A stretch of 48,808 nt of DNA from Candidatus Thorarchaeota archaeon (GCA_048882385.1 JBHLRQ010000014.1:1-48808), one strand, 5' to 3'. Positions 30,402 to 39,941 are shown, counted from the first letter of the stretch. Notes: generated by a model not told the origin, from the letters alone. A program made the numbers and translations.

Positions 30402-33092
30402 CTATTTCTTCCTTGAATCGACCAAAGCCTGAGCACTTATTCGAATTGCCCAACTGAGGTATGAACTGATATCCTCTCGGCTATAGGTTTCTCTTATTTT
30501 CCTTATTGCGTCATCAATGAATTTGTCACGGGTTTCTGCTTTGTCCGCGGGACTGAAACCAGTCATGAACATTCTGAGTGACTTATGCCAGTCATCCATT
30601 GACACTGCTTTCTCAAGCCATTGTTTTCTCATATCACCAAGCTCGTGGAAGTTTGTGATAGCTGCATCTAGATCGGTCGCTTCTGTCAGACCTTCCTCCA
30701 ACGATTTCATCTTCTTGATGTTGAACACAATCTTGCTGAAATCATCTGGATGATTTTCCACAACTCTTTCAATTGTAGAGTAGTATTGACTTCGCTTCTT
30801 GAGCTCATTTGTATGAGTTTCACCAGCTTTTTCTGCTATGCTCTTGATCATCTGGAGCATCTCTTCTTGGATGTTAGCTAAAGTCAGACACACATCCAAT
30901 GCCTCATTCACATGTGGTGAATCAGTCTCCAGTTTTCCTGGAACTTGGTCGATAAGGACCTTCAGACGTTCAACAAACTCTGACATCCCTTGGTCCTCAA
31001 AGAGGGAAAGTGCTCCTTTGATCTGTACATAGGCTTCATCCACTCGATCTCTGATTTTCTTATGAACAGCAGGTGAAGTTGTAAGGTTCATGAGCTTGTC
31101 AAAAGCATCTGCAGCATCCTCCAACTCGGATGGTGGTTTGTCCTTCAGATTGTTAAGCATCTTCAGTTCTTTACCAAGCTTTACACCGATACTACTAGCT
31201 CTATCAAGACTAGTTATCAGTGAATCAACCTCGACTCCTAACTTCTCGATAATCTTTTCCTGGATTTTCTTCTCATATATCTCAACCATCTTCCTAGCAA
31301 TTGCAGGAAGACTGAATACATTATCTGCGGCTACTCCAACGCTGTTTAATTCACTTATGGCCTCCTGTGCAACAGGAGGTATTTCTACTCCAGCACCCAT
31401 CAGTTTGGCTGCTGCTAGTCTAATCTTGACTCCAAGTCTGTATCTGAGATTTTCAAGTGCATCTTGCGCTTTAGCAAGAATTCCATCCTTGATAGATCGC
31501 ATTTCTGACTTAATCTCTGAGAAATCATCCAATCCCTGTATCCTTGTAGAACCTTCATCAAGTTCGACTATTATTGGCATGAATATTTCTGCATAAGCAG
31601 GTTTGACTGTTTGCAAGTCATGTACGATGGCATCAATCTCCTGTTGGCATGCTTCACGGAAGGTTGCAACTCCACTCTCAACAGCTCCTCGAAGACTTGA
31701 AAGAGAGCTTAGCAAGTAGACAATTCCTCCTTCAAGCTCCTCGACTTTCGGAGCTTTCTTGCTGAGTTGTGCGTGATCTAAAACTCGGTCTGCTGATGTT
31801 GCGAGTTCATTGAATCTAGTGAGATAGTTTCTGATAGACTCAGTTATGTTCTTCCGATACTCATCATCCATTGATTTTGCTTGTAGATATATCCTAACCA
31901 TATCATCTATGTCTGCAGACTTTAGTGTCTTCTTAGAATCTGCAATGAATTGACGGACCGCAACAACATCCTTTATCCCTGAATCTTCAGGTGCTTCGGT
32001 TGCTTTCTCAACATCGTCAAGGAGTTCGAATAGACGTTCTCTTAGAGCAATCCTAACCTGGCCTTCCCATTCTACCATTTTCTGATAGCTGGATAGAAGA
32101 TTGGCTATTCCTTCTCCTTCGACACTAACATTAGGTGCAGGAGGGATTACATCCGCGGTTGTTGGAATGCCTCCTGAAACAATTTTAGCTGTGACCTCGT
32201 GACTGATGTTAATGATTCTATCTCGAAGCATATTTGCCATCTTTACTTGTGCAGAGTGAAGTTGATTCTCTAATGCAATTAGTTCTGTAAGTGTCTTGGC
32301 TTGAGATGCATCTCGAGCAATCAGTCTAAGTTCTTTGGAGAATTCGATGGGTAACTCAAGACCTAGTCTGGATGCGGTTTCTACGGATGCTTGTAACGAT
32401 TCTGTGCTACCAACTAAAGATGATCCAAGTAGTTTGCTGACTTCATCTTTCCTGCCATCCAAGAATTGGACATCTGCTTGCAGCTTCTCATTTAGAATGA
32501 TCAGGTCTCGAAGGGATAGACTAGACACATCATCATTTGAAACTGTTGTAGCAACCTCGCTTTTGTCTATTGAAATATGGCGTTCGTAGGTTTCCACTGT
32601 AGCTTTATTCTCATCAAGAGTTGATTTCACATCTCTGGCTACATCTTCTAGAATGACGAGATAGAGCTTTGAGAATGCTTTTGCAAACTCATGCAATTTT
32701 TCAAAATCTTTGAGATCTCCTGCTCCTATACCTGGAAAATTCAGAGAAGAAATTCCTTTGACTTCTTTTGGTTTTAAATCTTGAATCTTCGGTGCGATTG
32801 CCAAAGTGTCCTTGTGTTCTTTACGGAAATATTCCGCAAAATCTCGAGTTACTCTCATGAAATCGGTTTCAAGATCACTTCTAGTCTTATCGACTTGAGT
32901 TTGTACCTTTCTCTTTTTCATAAATCCAGAAGTTGCTAACTCGTTCTCCATTTTTGTCAAATTTGCGAAGATATCGTAAAGCTGTCGGACTTGACGATCC
33001 GATTGTTCTTCCATCGCAGGATTTACTGACACTAGGATTCCTTTTAATTCAGCGAGTTTGTCTAGTTCACGTCTCCAACCGCTAGTATCCAA
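30402..33092 (-). CDS. Large (896 aa) alpha-helical/coiled-coil protein, first gene of the tubulin-like operon
   Basis: Long ORF rich in E/K/L/A/D; GGAGGT RBS before TTG 33092; 12-bp gap to the tubulin-like gene; no Walker A or TM segment seen. Confidence 0.85.
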   Translation of the reverse strand: MDTSGWRRELDKLAELKGILVSVNPAMEEQSDRQVRQLYDIFANLTKMENELATSGFMKKRKVQTQVDKTRSDLETDFMRVTRDFAEYFRKEHKDTLAIAPKIQDLKPKEVKGISSLNFPGIGAGDLKDFEKLHEFAKAFSKLYLVILEDVARDVKSTLDENKATVETYERHISIDKSEVATTVSNDDVSSLSLRDLIILNEKLQADVQFLDGRKDEVSKLLGSSLVGSTESLQASVETASRLGLELPIEFSKELRLIARDASQAKTLTELIALENQLHSAQVKMANMLRDRIINISHEVTAKIVSGGIPTTADVIPPAPNVSVEGEGIANLLSSYQKMVEWEGQVRIALRERLFELLDDVEKATEAPEDSGIKDVVAVRQFIADSKKTLKSADIDDMVRIYLQAKSMDDEYRKNITESIRNYLTRFNELATSADRVLDHAQLSKKAPKVEELEGGIVYLLSSLSSLRGAVESGVATFREACQQEIDAIVHDLQTVKPAYAEIFMPIIVELDEGSTRIQGLDDFSEIKSEMRSIKDGILAKAQDALENLRYRLGVKIRLAAAKLMGAGVEIPPVAQEAISELNSVGVAADNVFSLPAIARKMVEIYEKKIQEKIIEKLGVEVDSLITSLDRASSIGVKLGKELKMLNNLKDKPPSELEDAADAFDKLMNLTTSPAVHKKIRDRVDEAYVQIKGALSLFEDQGMSEFVERLKVLIDQVPGKLETDSPHVNEALDVCLTLANIQEEMLQMIKSIAEKAGETHTNELKKRSQYYSTIERVVENHPDDFSKIVFNIKKMKSLEEGLTEATDLDAAITNFHELGDMRKQWLEKAVSMDDWHKSLRMFMTGFSPADKAETRDKFIDDAIRKIRETYSREDISSYLSWAIRISAQALVDSRKK

Positions 33093-33099
33093 GAGGTCT

Positions 33100-33105
33100 A
33101 CCTCC
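33100..33105 (-). promoter_or_regulatory. Shine-Dalgarno GGAGGT for the 896-aa gene
   Basis: ACCTCC on + strand, 7 nt upstream of the TTG start. Confidence 0.65.
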
Positions 33106-33303
33106 GTCTAGTATGGCTATTTTCTGGGTGGATGTCTTAAGTTCTTTCTGTGTGGGTCCTCCCTTTTCAACGATTGTATCATGTATTCAACTCGAATAAG
33201 ATGTCAAAAAATGCTTTTTAGGGCTGTTTTAACCATGAAAGAAACTGCCTTAAGTACTACAAAACTCAGGTATGATACTTACATAACCTCATGGAGAGAA
33301 ATT

Positions 33304-35208
33304 ATGGATAAAGGTTCGCCAGGCTCAAATGATTCCAAGGCTTTGAGTCATGAGATAATCAGTACACTTGATGCCTCTGCAGTGGATATTACATATGATG
33401 ATAAATTCCTCTATGCCGCTTGTGATGATCTTCGAGTCCGCGTATGGTCAAAAGATAACTGGCAGCTTGTAGCAGAATTAGGTGAGACTGATACTCCCCC
33501 GTTAGTTGTAGATGTTGATGACACACAAGTCTTTGCAACCTGTGAAAGACGAGTTTATGTTTGGAATAAAGCGACCTGGGGAATGACTGGTTGGTTCGAA
33601 TTAAGTTACCATGCGATAACCTCAACTCTCTCAGGAGACTACTTCTATGTTGGTTCAAGGGAAGGCAGGTTGGTTTCAATCAAGAAAGATACACATGATA
33701 CATCCAGTTGGCAACTTCACAAGTCAGATATAACTGACATCTGGTCTGATGATAAGATAATATGTACAAGTACAAAAAAGGAAGAACCTCGGGTTTGGCT
33801 CAAAGCTAAAGAAACTGCTCCATCTGAACTTGCTAGGTTGGACAAGAAAGGAAAAGGTGGAGTCATTGTTGGGAATTCCGAATTTGTGCTGGTTGGATCT
33901 CCAACAGGAGAGATAGCAGTTTATGACCGTGTTGAATGGAGTCTTGTTAGGTCTCTTGAATCAAGTGTTTCGAATTCAGTTACGTCGATGTGGGCTAGCA
34001 GTTACTATCTCATTGCTGCTTTGACTCATGGATCTCTCGTCATTTGGGATTTGAAGAGGGGTGAGGAGGTTGGAGCAGTTACACTCAACGGTCAGAAAAT
34101 CAGCTGGGTGTCAGCAGATCAAGACCGAATGTATATTGCAACCTCTGACAACATTCTTGTCATCCGATTATCATTTCGTGGTAGACCCCTCGATGTATGT
34201 ACTAATGAACTGCCTATATGGACTGATAGTCTATTGAAGACATCTCCCTATGATGTACTCGAGAGTGCGCTCGAATTAGAGAAAAAGGGAGATGAACAGT
34301 ATCAAGATGGTTTGTTTCATGAATCAGTAATTGACTATGAGAATGCACTTCAAATTCTAATTGATAATACACATGCTTTGCTTGAGGTGCCAGAGGAGCG
34401 ACAAATTCTCACAGACGAACTAAACGTGCGACTTGGCAAGGCACTATTGAAAGCCAAGATACAAGAGATTCAAGCTTTGGATCTTGAGATTCGCCAATTG
34501 ACAGAAGAACTAGAAATTCGAAAAAGAACTGATAGAGACTCTGAAGATGTAGAGAAACTTTGGACCAAAGCTGGACGAACCATTAAAGAAAGCAAGGTTC
34601 TAGCAGAAGCTCAAGCTGGAGACATGCTGAGTTACCAACTTGTTCATGTTGTGGAAACTCTAGAATCTGATCTTAACGAAGCGATGTCTAAATTTGCTGA
34701 GTTTCGCGAAACAATTACACAAGCAATGGGTCTCACCCGTCAGATTTCCAATGAATGGCGATGGTTGGAACGAAAGAGGACTAAACTTCCGGAGCGTAAG
34801 AAATTTCTCGAAGGTGCTATGGAAAAGCTATCTTCCGCTCTTGATTCAGCTGAACCTGAAGGTGAAGTTCGCCAAATCCTATCAAGTGCTCTAGAAGAAT
34901 ACAAACGACTTTACAGCCAGATAGATAGGATTGTTTCTTCTTATGATGCGGAACAAGACACGACTTTCACTTCTCGTGATGAGGCTACAGAAGCAATTGA
35001 AAGTCTTTTAGCAGTAATACCAAAAAAGATTGCAGCGCTCCAAGACATTGAAAATGAAACAGAGCGTGAATTGGAACTTCAGAGGATCATATCAGCTCTT
35101 GAACAAGCGATGGAAACTGCGAATTCTTTCAAGATGAATAAACTAACGAAATCGATTCAAACCGAGTTAGATAAGGTTCGACCTTCTGAAGATTCTAAGA
35201 AACAGTAA
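33304..35208 (+). CDS. WD40 beta-propeller + MIT/TPR-like hairpin + coiled-coil protein
   Basis: WD-like repeats (DDLRVRVWS, RVYVWN, HKSDITDIW, GEIAVYD, GSLVIWDL), then a helical C-terminal half. Start placed at ATG 33304 after GGAG (ORF track start 33181). Confidence 0.85.
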   Translation: MDKGSPGSNDSKALSHEIISTLDASAVDITYDDKFLYAACDDLRVRVWSKDNWQLVAELGETDTPPLVVDVDDTQVFATCERRVYVWNKATWGMTGWFELSYHAITSTLSGDYFYVGSREGRLVSIKKDTHDTSSWQLHKSDITDIWSDDKIICTSTKKEEPRVWLKAKETAPSELARLDKKGKGGVIVGNSEFVLVGSPTGEIAVYDRVEWSLVRSLESSVSNSVTSMWASSYYLIAALTHGSLVIWDLKRGEEVGAVTLNGQKISWVSADQDRMYIATSDNILVIRLSFRGRPLDVCTNELPIWTDSLLKTSPYDVLESALELEKKGDEQYQDGLFHESVIDYENALQILIDNTHALLEVPEERQILTDELNVRLGKALLKAKIQEIQALDLEIRQLTEELEIRKRTDRDSEDVEKLWTKAGRTIKESKVLAEAQAGDMLSYQLVHVVETLESDLNEAMSKFAEFRETITQAMGLTRQISNEWRWLERKRTKLPERKKFLEGAMEKLSSALDSAEPEGEVRQILSSALEEYKRLYSQIDRIVSSYDAEQDTTFTSRDEATEAIESLLAVIPKKIAALQDIENETERELELQRIISALEQAMETANSFKMNKLTKSIQTELDKVRPSEDSKKQ

Positions 35209-35212
35209 ACTA

Positions 35213-35842
35213 TCAAGAAGCTGCGATACCCGGTAGTGATGGATAGTCCTCTTCAAGATATGTATCATCAATTAGGTCAACCCATGGTGATGCAATGTCT
35301 TCCAATGATGGTTCAATTGCAATGGCATATTCCACTGCTTCTAGTGCAGAATTGAAATCTTCAAAGAACAAGTAGCACACAGCAAGATTATACCAAGTGA
35401 CAGCTGAGTTAGGATTGAGGTCCAGCGATTTTTCCAAGGCATCAACAGCCTCATCCCATTTCTCTTCCCCCACAAGTGCTGATGCAAGCAATTCCCATTT
35501 GCGGACATTACGAGGTTGGAGTTTAACGCTCTCTCGAAGAGCATCAATGCCTGCTGAGTTCTCGTTCAGAAGTAAATGGATGAAACCCTTGTCTGCCCAT
35601 GTTGAGGATGAGTTGGGGTCAAGCTTCAATAAACTGTTGAGTGCTTCGATTGCTAACTTAGGTTTCCCCATCTCTAGATTACATATTGCTAAGTTTTCCC
35701 AAGCCTGAGTATTACTAGGATCTACAGAGAGACCGTGTTCTAGTTTAGCCATAGCCTCGCCAAACCTTTTCTTTTTGATCAACGAAGTAGCCTGGTCAAC
35801 GAGGGCGTTGACATCTGCACTATTTTCAACGGAAGGCAACAT
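35213..35842 (-). CDS. TPR-repeat protein (about 5 repeats)
   Basis: Repeated W..LA/G...A...L.LDP/LNP pattern. Confidence 0.9.
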   Translation of the reverse strand: MLPSVENSADVNALVDQATSLIKKKRFGEAMAKLEHGLSVDPSNTQAWENLAICNLEMGKPKLAIEALNSLLKLDPNSSSTWADKGFIHLLLNENSAGIDALRESVKLQPRNVRKWELLASALVGEEKWDEAVDALEKSLDLNPNSAVTWYNLAVCYLFFEDFNSALEAVEYAIAIEPSLEDIASPWVDLIDDTYLEEDYPSLPGIAAS

Positions 35843-36021
35843 TCTGTACTCCTTAGATTCAAGCTGCGCCCATGACTCAGTATTTTTAACCCTTGTTCTA
35901 ACCGCACTGTTCCTTGGGGTGGTGGCACAACGAATCCCTCTCTACTTCCCCTTGAAAGTTTACATCCATAGTGCATGGATGACAGCAGTTTGTGCTTTGT
36001 TCGAATTATTATCACATATTC

Positions 36022-36402
36022 TCAAAGAAGAGCAATAGCTTCGATTTCAACATCAACATCTTTTGGTAGACGTGCTACTTCCACTGCAGCTCGAGCAGGT
36101 GGAGGTTCAGAAAACCATTTTGAGTATTCTGTGTTCATCTCACTGAAATCGTTCATATTTTTGAGAAAAACAGTAACCTTCAATACTTTGTTCATTGTAG
36201 AGCCTGCAGCTTCTATCACTCCCTTCACATTAGAAAGAGCTTGCCTTGTCTGTTCTGTGATTGAACCGCCTACAAGTTCACCGGTCTTTGAATCCGCGGG
36301 AATTTGTCCAGAACAGAAGACAAATCCATTTCCTATTGTTCCTTGAGAGTATGGTCCAATAGCTTTCGGAGCATCTTCAGTAACTACTTGTTCAATCTTC
36401 AT
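36022..36402 (-). CDS. ridA: RidA/YjgF reactive-intermediate deaminase
   Basis: APKAIGPYSQ, SGQIP, PARAAVEV..LP, VEIE. Confidence 0.95.
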   Translation of the reverse strand: MKIEQVVTEDAPKAIGPYSQGTIGNGFVFCSGQIPADSKTGELVGGSITEQTRQALSNVKGVIEAAGSTMNKVLKVTVFLKNMNDFSEMNTEYSKWFSEPPPARAAVEVARLPKDVDVEIEAIALL

Positions 36403-36450
36403 TGTAATTCAAGAATCACATTGCATGCTTCTCGATTAATCTAGTGGTCT

Positions 36451-37434
36451 CTACCTTCTTTCGGGTGGAGGAGGTACAGCAAAACCAGCCACAATTCTAG
36501 TACCAGTTTCACCATTCAATGCTTTCATTATGTTTGGTGGATCAGTAATTATCGCCATCTCTCCACCGTCCTTAATGAATTGTACACAGGCTTCTATCTT
36601 TGGATACATACTTCCAAGAGTGAAATGACCCTCATCCATATATCGCTGGGCTTGAATGTGGTCCATTTTGTCGATAGCTTCTTGGTTTTCCTTGCCAAAA
36701 TTGAGATAGACCTGCTCAACTGCTGTTGAGATAAGTAGGACGTCAGCTTTCAGATCAGTTGCTAGTAAAGCAGATGCTCTATCTTTGTCGATTACTGCAG
36801 CTATACCTTGGAGTTCACCTGCTTCGTTTGCGACAACTGGAATCCCGCCACCGCCAACTGCATAGACAATTATGTCATCATTCAATAGTGCTTTAATTCC
36901 TGGTAGTTCGATGATTTCTTTGGGTATTGGCGAAGGCACTACTCTTCTCCATCCTCTTCCAGAATCTTCCTTTACATCCCATCCACTTTCTTCTGATCTC
37001 TTCTTAGCTTCTTTCTCGTCCATAAACGAGCCAATGGGTTTCGCTGGATTCTCAAAGGCAGGATCATCCCTTGAAACCCTTACTTGAGTCACAATAGAAG
37101 CAACATGTCTGTTCATGTTTCTCTTGTGAAATTCGTTGTAAAGTGCTCTCTGAATCATATATCCAATTGCACCCTGAGTATCAGCTCCGCAATAATCTAG
37201 AGGAACAGGGTGTAATTCATGTTCTGCGAGTTCTGACCTTCTCAAGATAAAACCAACTTGAGGTCCGTTTCCTGAAGTGATAACGACATTCCAACCTTGC
37301 TGAATCATGTCAGCGATATGCTTGCATGTTTCTGCTGTTGCAGCGTATTGATCTGGCACTGTCTTGTGTGCTTTGTCTTTTATGAGTGAGTTTCCACCAA
37401 TTGCGATTACAGCTGTCTTTGCCATTGAAATCAT
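36451..37434 (-). CDS. arcC: Carbamate kinase
   Basis: AIGGNSL, GNGPQVG, TQGAIGY, DPAF.NP.KPIG, RRVVPSP, GGGGIPV, VIDKD, GSMYPK. Confidence 0.95.
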   Translation of the reverse strand: MISMAKTAVIAIGGNSLIKDKAHKTVPDQYAATAETCKHIADMIQQGWNVVITSGNGPQVGFILRRSELAEHELHPVPLDYCGADTQGAIGYMIQRALYNEFHKRNMNRHVASIVTQVRVSRDDPAFENPAKPIGSFMDEKEAKKRSEESGWDVKEDSGRGWRRVVPSPIPKEIIELPGIKALLNDDIIVYAVGGGGIPVVANEAGELQGIAAVIDKDRASALLATDLKADVLLISTAVEQVYLNFGKENQEAIDKMDHIQAQRYMDEGHFTLGSMYPKIEACVQFIKDGGEMAIITDPPNIMKALNGETGTRIVAGFAVPPPPERR

Positions 37435-37593
37435 CTCTATTGAACAGAGGTTTTTTTTGGGGCACTATTCCTAATTAAGGGTGACGACATGTTTAATGGA
37501 ATAGGTTTTAGCACACCTCAATGCATACTTCAGAAACCTTTTTCCGAATCCTCTGACACTGATAAATTTCAACTCTATTGAGAAGACCAAATA

Positions 37594-38613
37594 ATGCAAA
37601 CTAAAGTTAATCGTCAATGGTGTATTGCATCGCGTCCAGAGGGTTTTATCAAACCTTCAAACTTTTTCTGGAAAGAAGAACCAGTGCCAACACCTGCAGA
37701 TGGAGAATTGCTTGTCCGTAATATCTACCTTTCTCTCGATCCTGCAGCATGGGGTTGGATGCAGGAATGGATTTCATATGTTCCAGCATTGAATATCGGA
37801 GATGTAATGCATGGGATCAATCTAGGAATCATTGAGGAGTCCAGAAATGCAAAATTCAAAACAGGGGATTTCGTTTATGGAATGTTGGGTTGGCAAGATT
37901 TTGCAGTCACTGACGGGAAAGGTCTGCTGAAATTTCAAATAGATCCATCTTTTCCTCTCTCTGCGTATTTGAGTGTCTTCGGATTAACTGGACTGACAGC
38001 TTATTTTGGACTCCTTGATATTGGAAAACCCAAGGCTGGAGAAACACTTGTAGTTTCAGCTGCGGCAGGGGCTGTAGGATCAATTGTTGGGCAAATTGGG
38101 AAAATAATGGGCTGTCACGTTGTTGGCATAGCAGGAACAGACGAGAAGTGCCATTGGCTTACTGAAGAACTAGGATTTGATGCATCTATTAATTACAAAA
38201 CCGAACCACTTCGAAAGAGCCTTTTGGCACACTGTCCAAATGGAATTGATATATACTTCGACAATGTCGGTGGCGTAATCCTTGAAAAAGTCCTTACTCT
38301 CATCAATCTCAGAGCAAGGATAGTCCTATGTGGGATGATTTCTCAATACGATATCAAAACAATGGGATCCAATCTGAATCTTTCTAGCGTCATTGTCAAA
38401 CGTGCTCGTATTGAAGGATTCATTGTCACTGATTATTTCCATCGTGTTCAAGAGGCAATAGACGACCTTCAAGAATGGGTTAAAGCGGGACAGATACAAT
38501 ACCGTGACGACATCGTTGATGGATTAGAAAATGCTCCTGATGCGATTGGTAAACTCTTTGATGGGTCAAACAAAGGGAAACTCATGGTAAGAGTTCCAAA
38601 AGATCCGTTTTAG
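37594..38613 (+). CDS. NADP-dependent oxidoreductase (prostaglandin reductase/CurA-like MDR)
   Basis: YLSLDP, GLTAYFGL, VSAAAGAVGS, YFDNVGG, CGMISQY, NKGKL. Confidence 0.92.
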   Translation: MQTKVNRQWCIASRPEGFIKPSNFFWKEEPVPTPADGELLVRNIYLSLDPAAWGWMQEWISYVPALNIGDVMHGINLGIIEESRNAKFKTGDFVYGMLGWQDFAVTDGKGLLKFQIDPSFPLSAYLSVFGLTGLTAYFGLLDIGKPKAGETLVVSAAAGAVGSIVGQIGKIMGCHVVGIAGTDEKCHWLTEELGFDASINYKTEPLRKSLLAHCPNGIDIYFDNVGGVILEKVLTLINLRARIVLCGMISQYDIKTMGSNLNLSSVIVKRARIEGFIVTDYFHRVQEAIDDLQEWVKAGQIQYRDDIVDGLENAPDAIGKLFDGSNKGKLMVRVPKDPF

Positions 38614-38624
38614 CAGAAATCAGC

Positions 38625-39398
38625 TTACGATTTCTCTCTCTCCCGAAGCCATTCATCAAGATATGCTGTTTCAAGTTCATCTGCATCTGCTAGGTCTTTT
38701 CCTGTCATTCCATCAACCAATGTTTTTGTACGAACAAGAATTGTTGGATCTTTGCTTAATATCTCTTCAACAAACTCCATTGTCTTGTCCATAAGTTCTT
38801 CCTGATTCACTAGCATATCTGCAAGTCCGATTTCAAGTGCCTCTTTTGCTGAAACTGTCCTTGAAGTAAGGAGAAGATCTTTTGCTCTAGCTGGGCCAAC
38901 AAGATGTAACAGGTTGGAGGAGGCTCCAGCTCCAGGAAAGACTCCCAAGTCAACTTCAGGAAGTCTGAAAGCTGCTGTGTCAGAAAAGAAGCGGAAGTCA
39001 CAAGCTAGGGCAGCCATAGCTCCGAATCCAATTGCGTAGCCATTCACTGCAGCTATCGTAACACAGGTGCGATTTTCTCGAATTAATCGCATAGTTCGCT
39101 CGAGTAGTTTGAAGAATTCTGTTAGCTCCTCACCTTTGAGCCCCATTATTGTATCCATATCAAATCCTGCGCTAAATGCTCGGTTTCCTTCTCCTGTTAA
39201 GATGACAGCTCTGATAATTGGATTGTTGATGATTTGTGAAACTTGTTCACTGAAATCCACAAGCATTGGCTTTGTCACTGAATTTAGTTTATCAGGACGT
39301 GATATTGTGATTATTGCATGAGCATCATTGATGCTGACTTTAATTTCTCCTGTCAATAGCAAACACCCTACTTGTAGACCTTTGTACAGAACAAACAC
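38625..39398 (-). CDS. Enoyl-CoA hydratase/isomerase family protein
   Basis: RPDKLN, AFSAGFD, AAVNGYAIG.G, ALACDFR, LPEVDLG..PG. Confidence 0.9.
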   Translation of the reverse strand: MFVLYKGLQVGCLLLTGEIKVSINDAHAIITISRPDKLNSVTKPMLVDFSEQVSQIINNPIIRAVILTGEGNRAFSAGFDMDTIMGLKGEELTEFFKLLERTMRLIRENRTCVTIAAVNGYAIGFGAMAALACDFRFFSDTAAFRLPEVDLGVFPGAGASSNLLHLVGPARAKDLLLTSRTVSAKEALEIGLADMLVNQEELMDKTMEFVEEILSKDPTILVRTKTLVDGMTGKDLADADELETAYLDEWLREREKS

Positions 39399-39440
39399 GA
39401 ATAAACTCTTCCGCTGAAGGGATTTTCGTTCTAGTAGAGG

Positions 39441-39941
39441 TTATTTTGAATCGCAGGCTTTACAAGGATCACCCACATGAGCACAGAATTCCTTATGTAT
39501 GTCACACATAACTTTTGCATCTCTCATGACCTTGATGATTCGATTAATCTCGCTAGTCATTGTCTCAAAGATGTGCGCATCATCATCTCCTCTCACATCC
39601 TCGTATTCATGAATCATCACATCAGCTGATTTGTCAATTTCTCGGAGTATCTCTTTTGGAAGGACAACTTGATCTCCCCGTGATCTTTTGTCTCTCTTTT
39701 TCAATAGGTATTGCGTAATCGCTGGCTCAGTCACACCTAACATTCTAGCAATTTCTTTCTGAGTGATTTTGTGGTCTTGCATTTTCCCATTTTCATCGGC
39801 CCTCTCAACAACTTTAGTCTTCATGACTTTAGCTAGTTCTCTTCTGATGGCAGGCAGTACATACCACACCTCTACTTCTTGAGGCATCATCCAAGTTCTA
39901 CGTTTGATTTGCTTCTCTTTCTTTACCTCGCCAACAGACAA
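39441..39941 (-). CDS. Archaeal HTH transcriptional regulator (COG2522-like) with C-terminal Cys/His cluster
   Basis: MPQEVEVWYVLPAIRRELA, TQKEIARMLGVTEPAITQY, CDIH...C...C..C. Confidence 0.85.
   Translation of the reverse strand: MSVGEVKKEKQIKRRTWMMPQEVEVWYVLPAIRRELAKVMKTKVVERADENGKMQDHKITQKEIARMLGVTEPAITQYLLKKRDKRSRGDQVVLPKEILREIDKSADVMIHEYEDVRGDDDAHIFETMTSEINRIIKVMRDAKVMCDIHKEFCAHVGDPCKACDSK

Noticed and set aside
30402-33092. SMC/Rad50, dynamin or motor-protein call for the 896-aa protein
   Set aside because: No Walker A/B, ABC signature or GTPase motifs are visible.
35963-35981. Inverted repeat CATCCAT-agtgc-ATGGATG between ridA and the TPR gene
   Set aside because: Only a 7-bp stem, with no U-tract and no second copy noticed. 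It could be an operator or terminator but is unsupported.
37451-37458. T8 run resembling an archaeal terminator
   Set aside because: It lies in a divergent promoter region, with no gene ending upstream on that strand.
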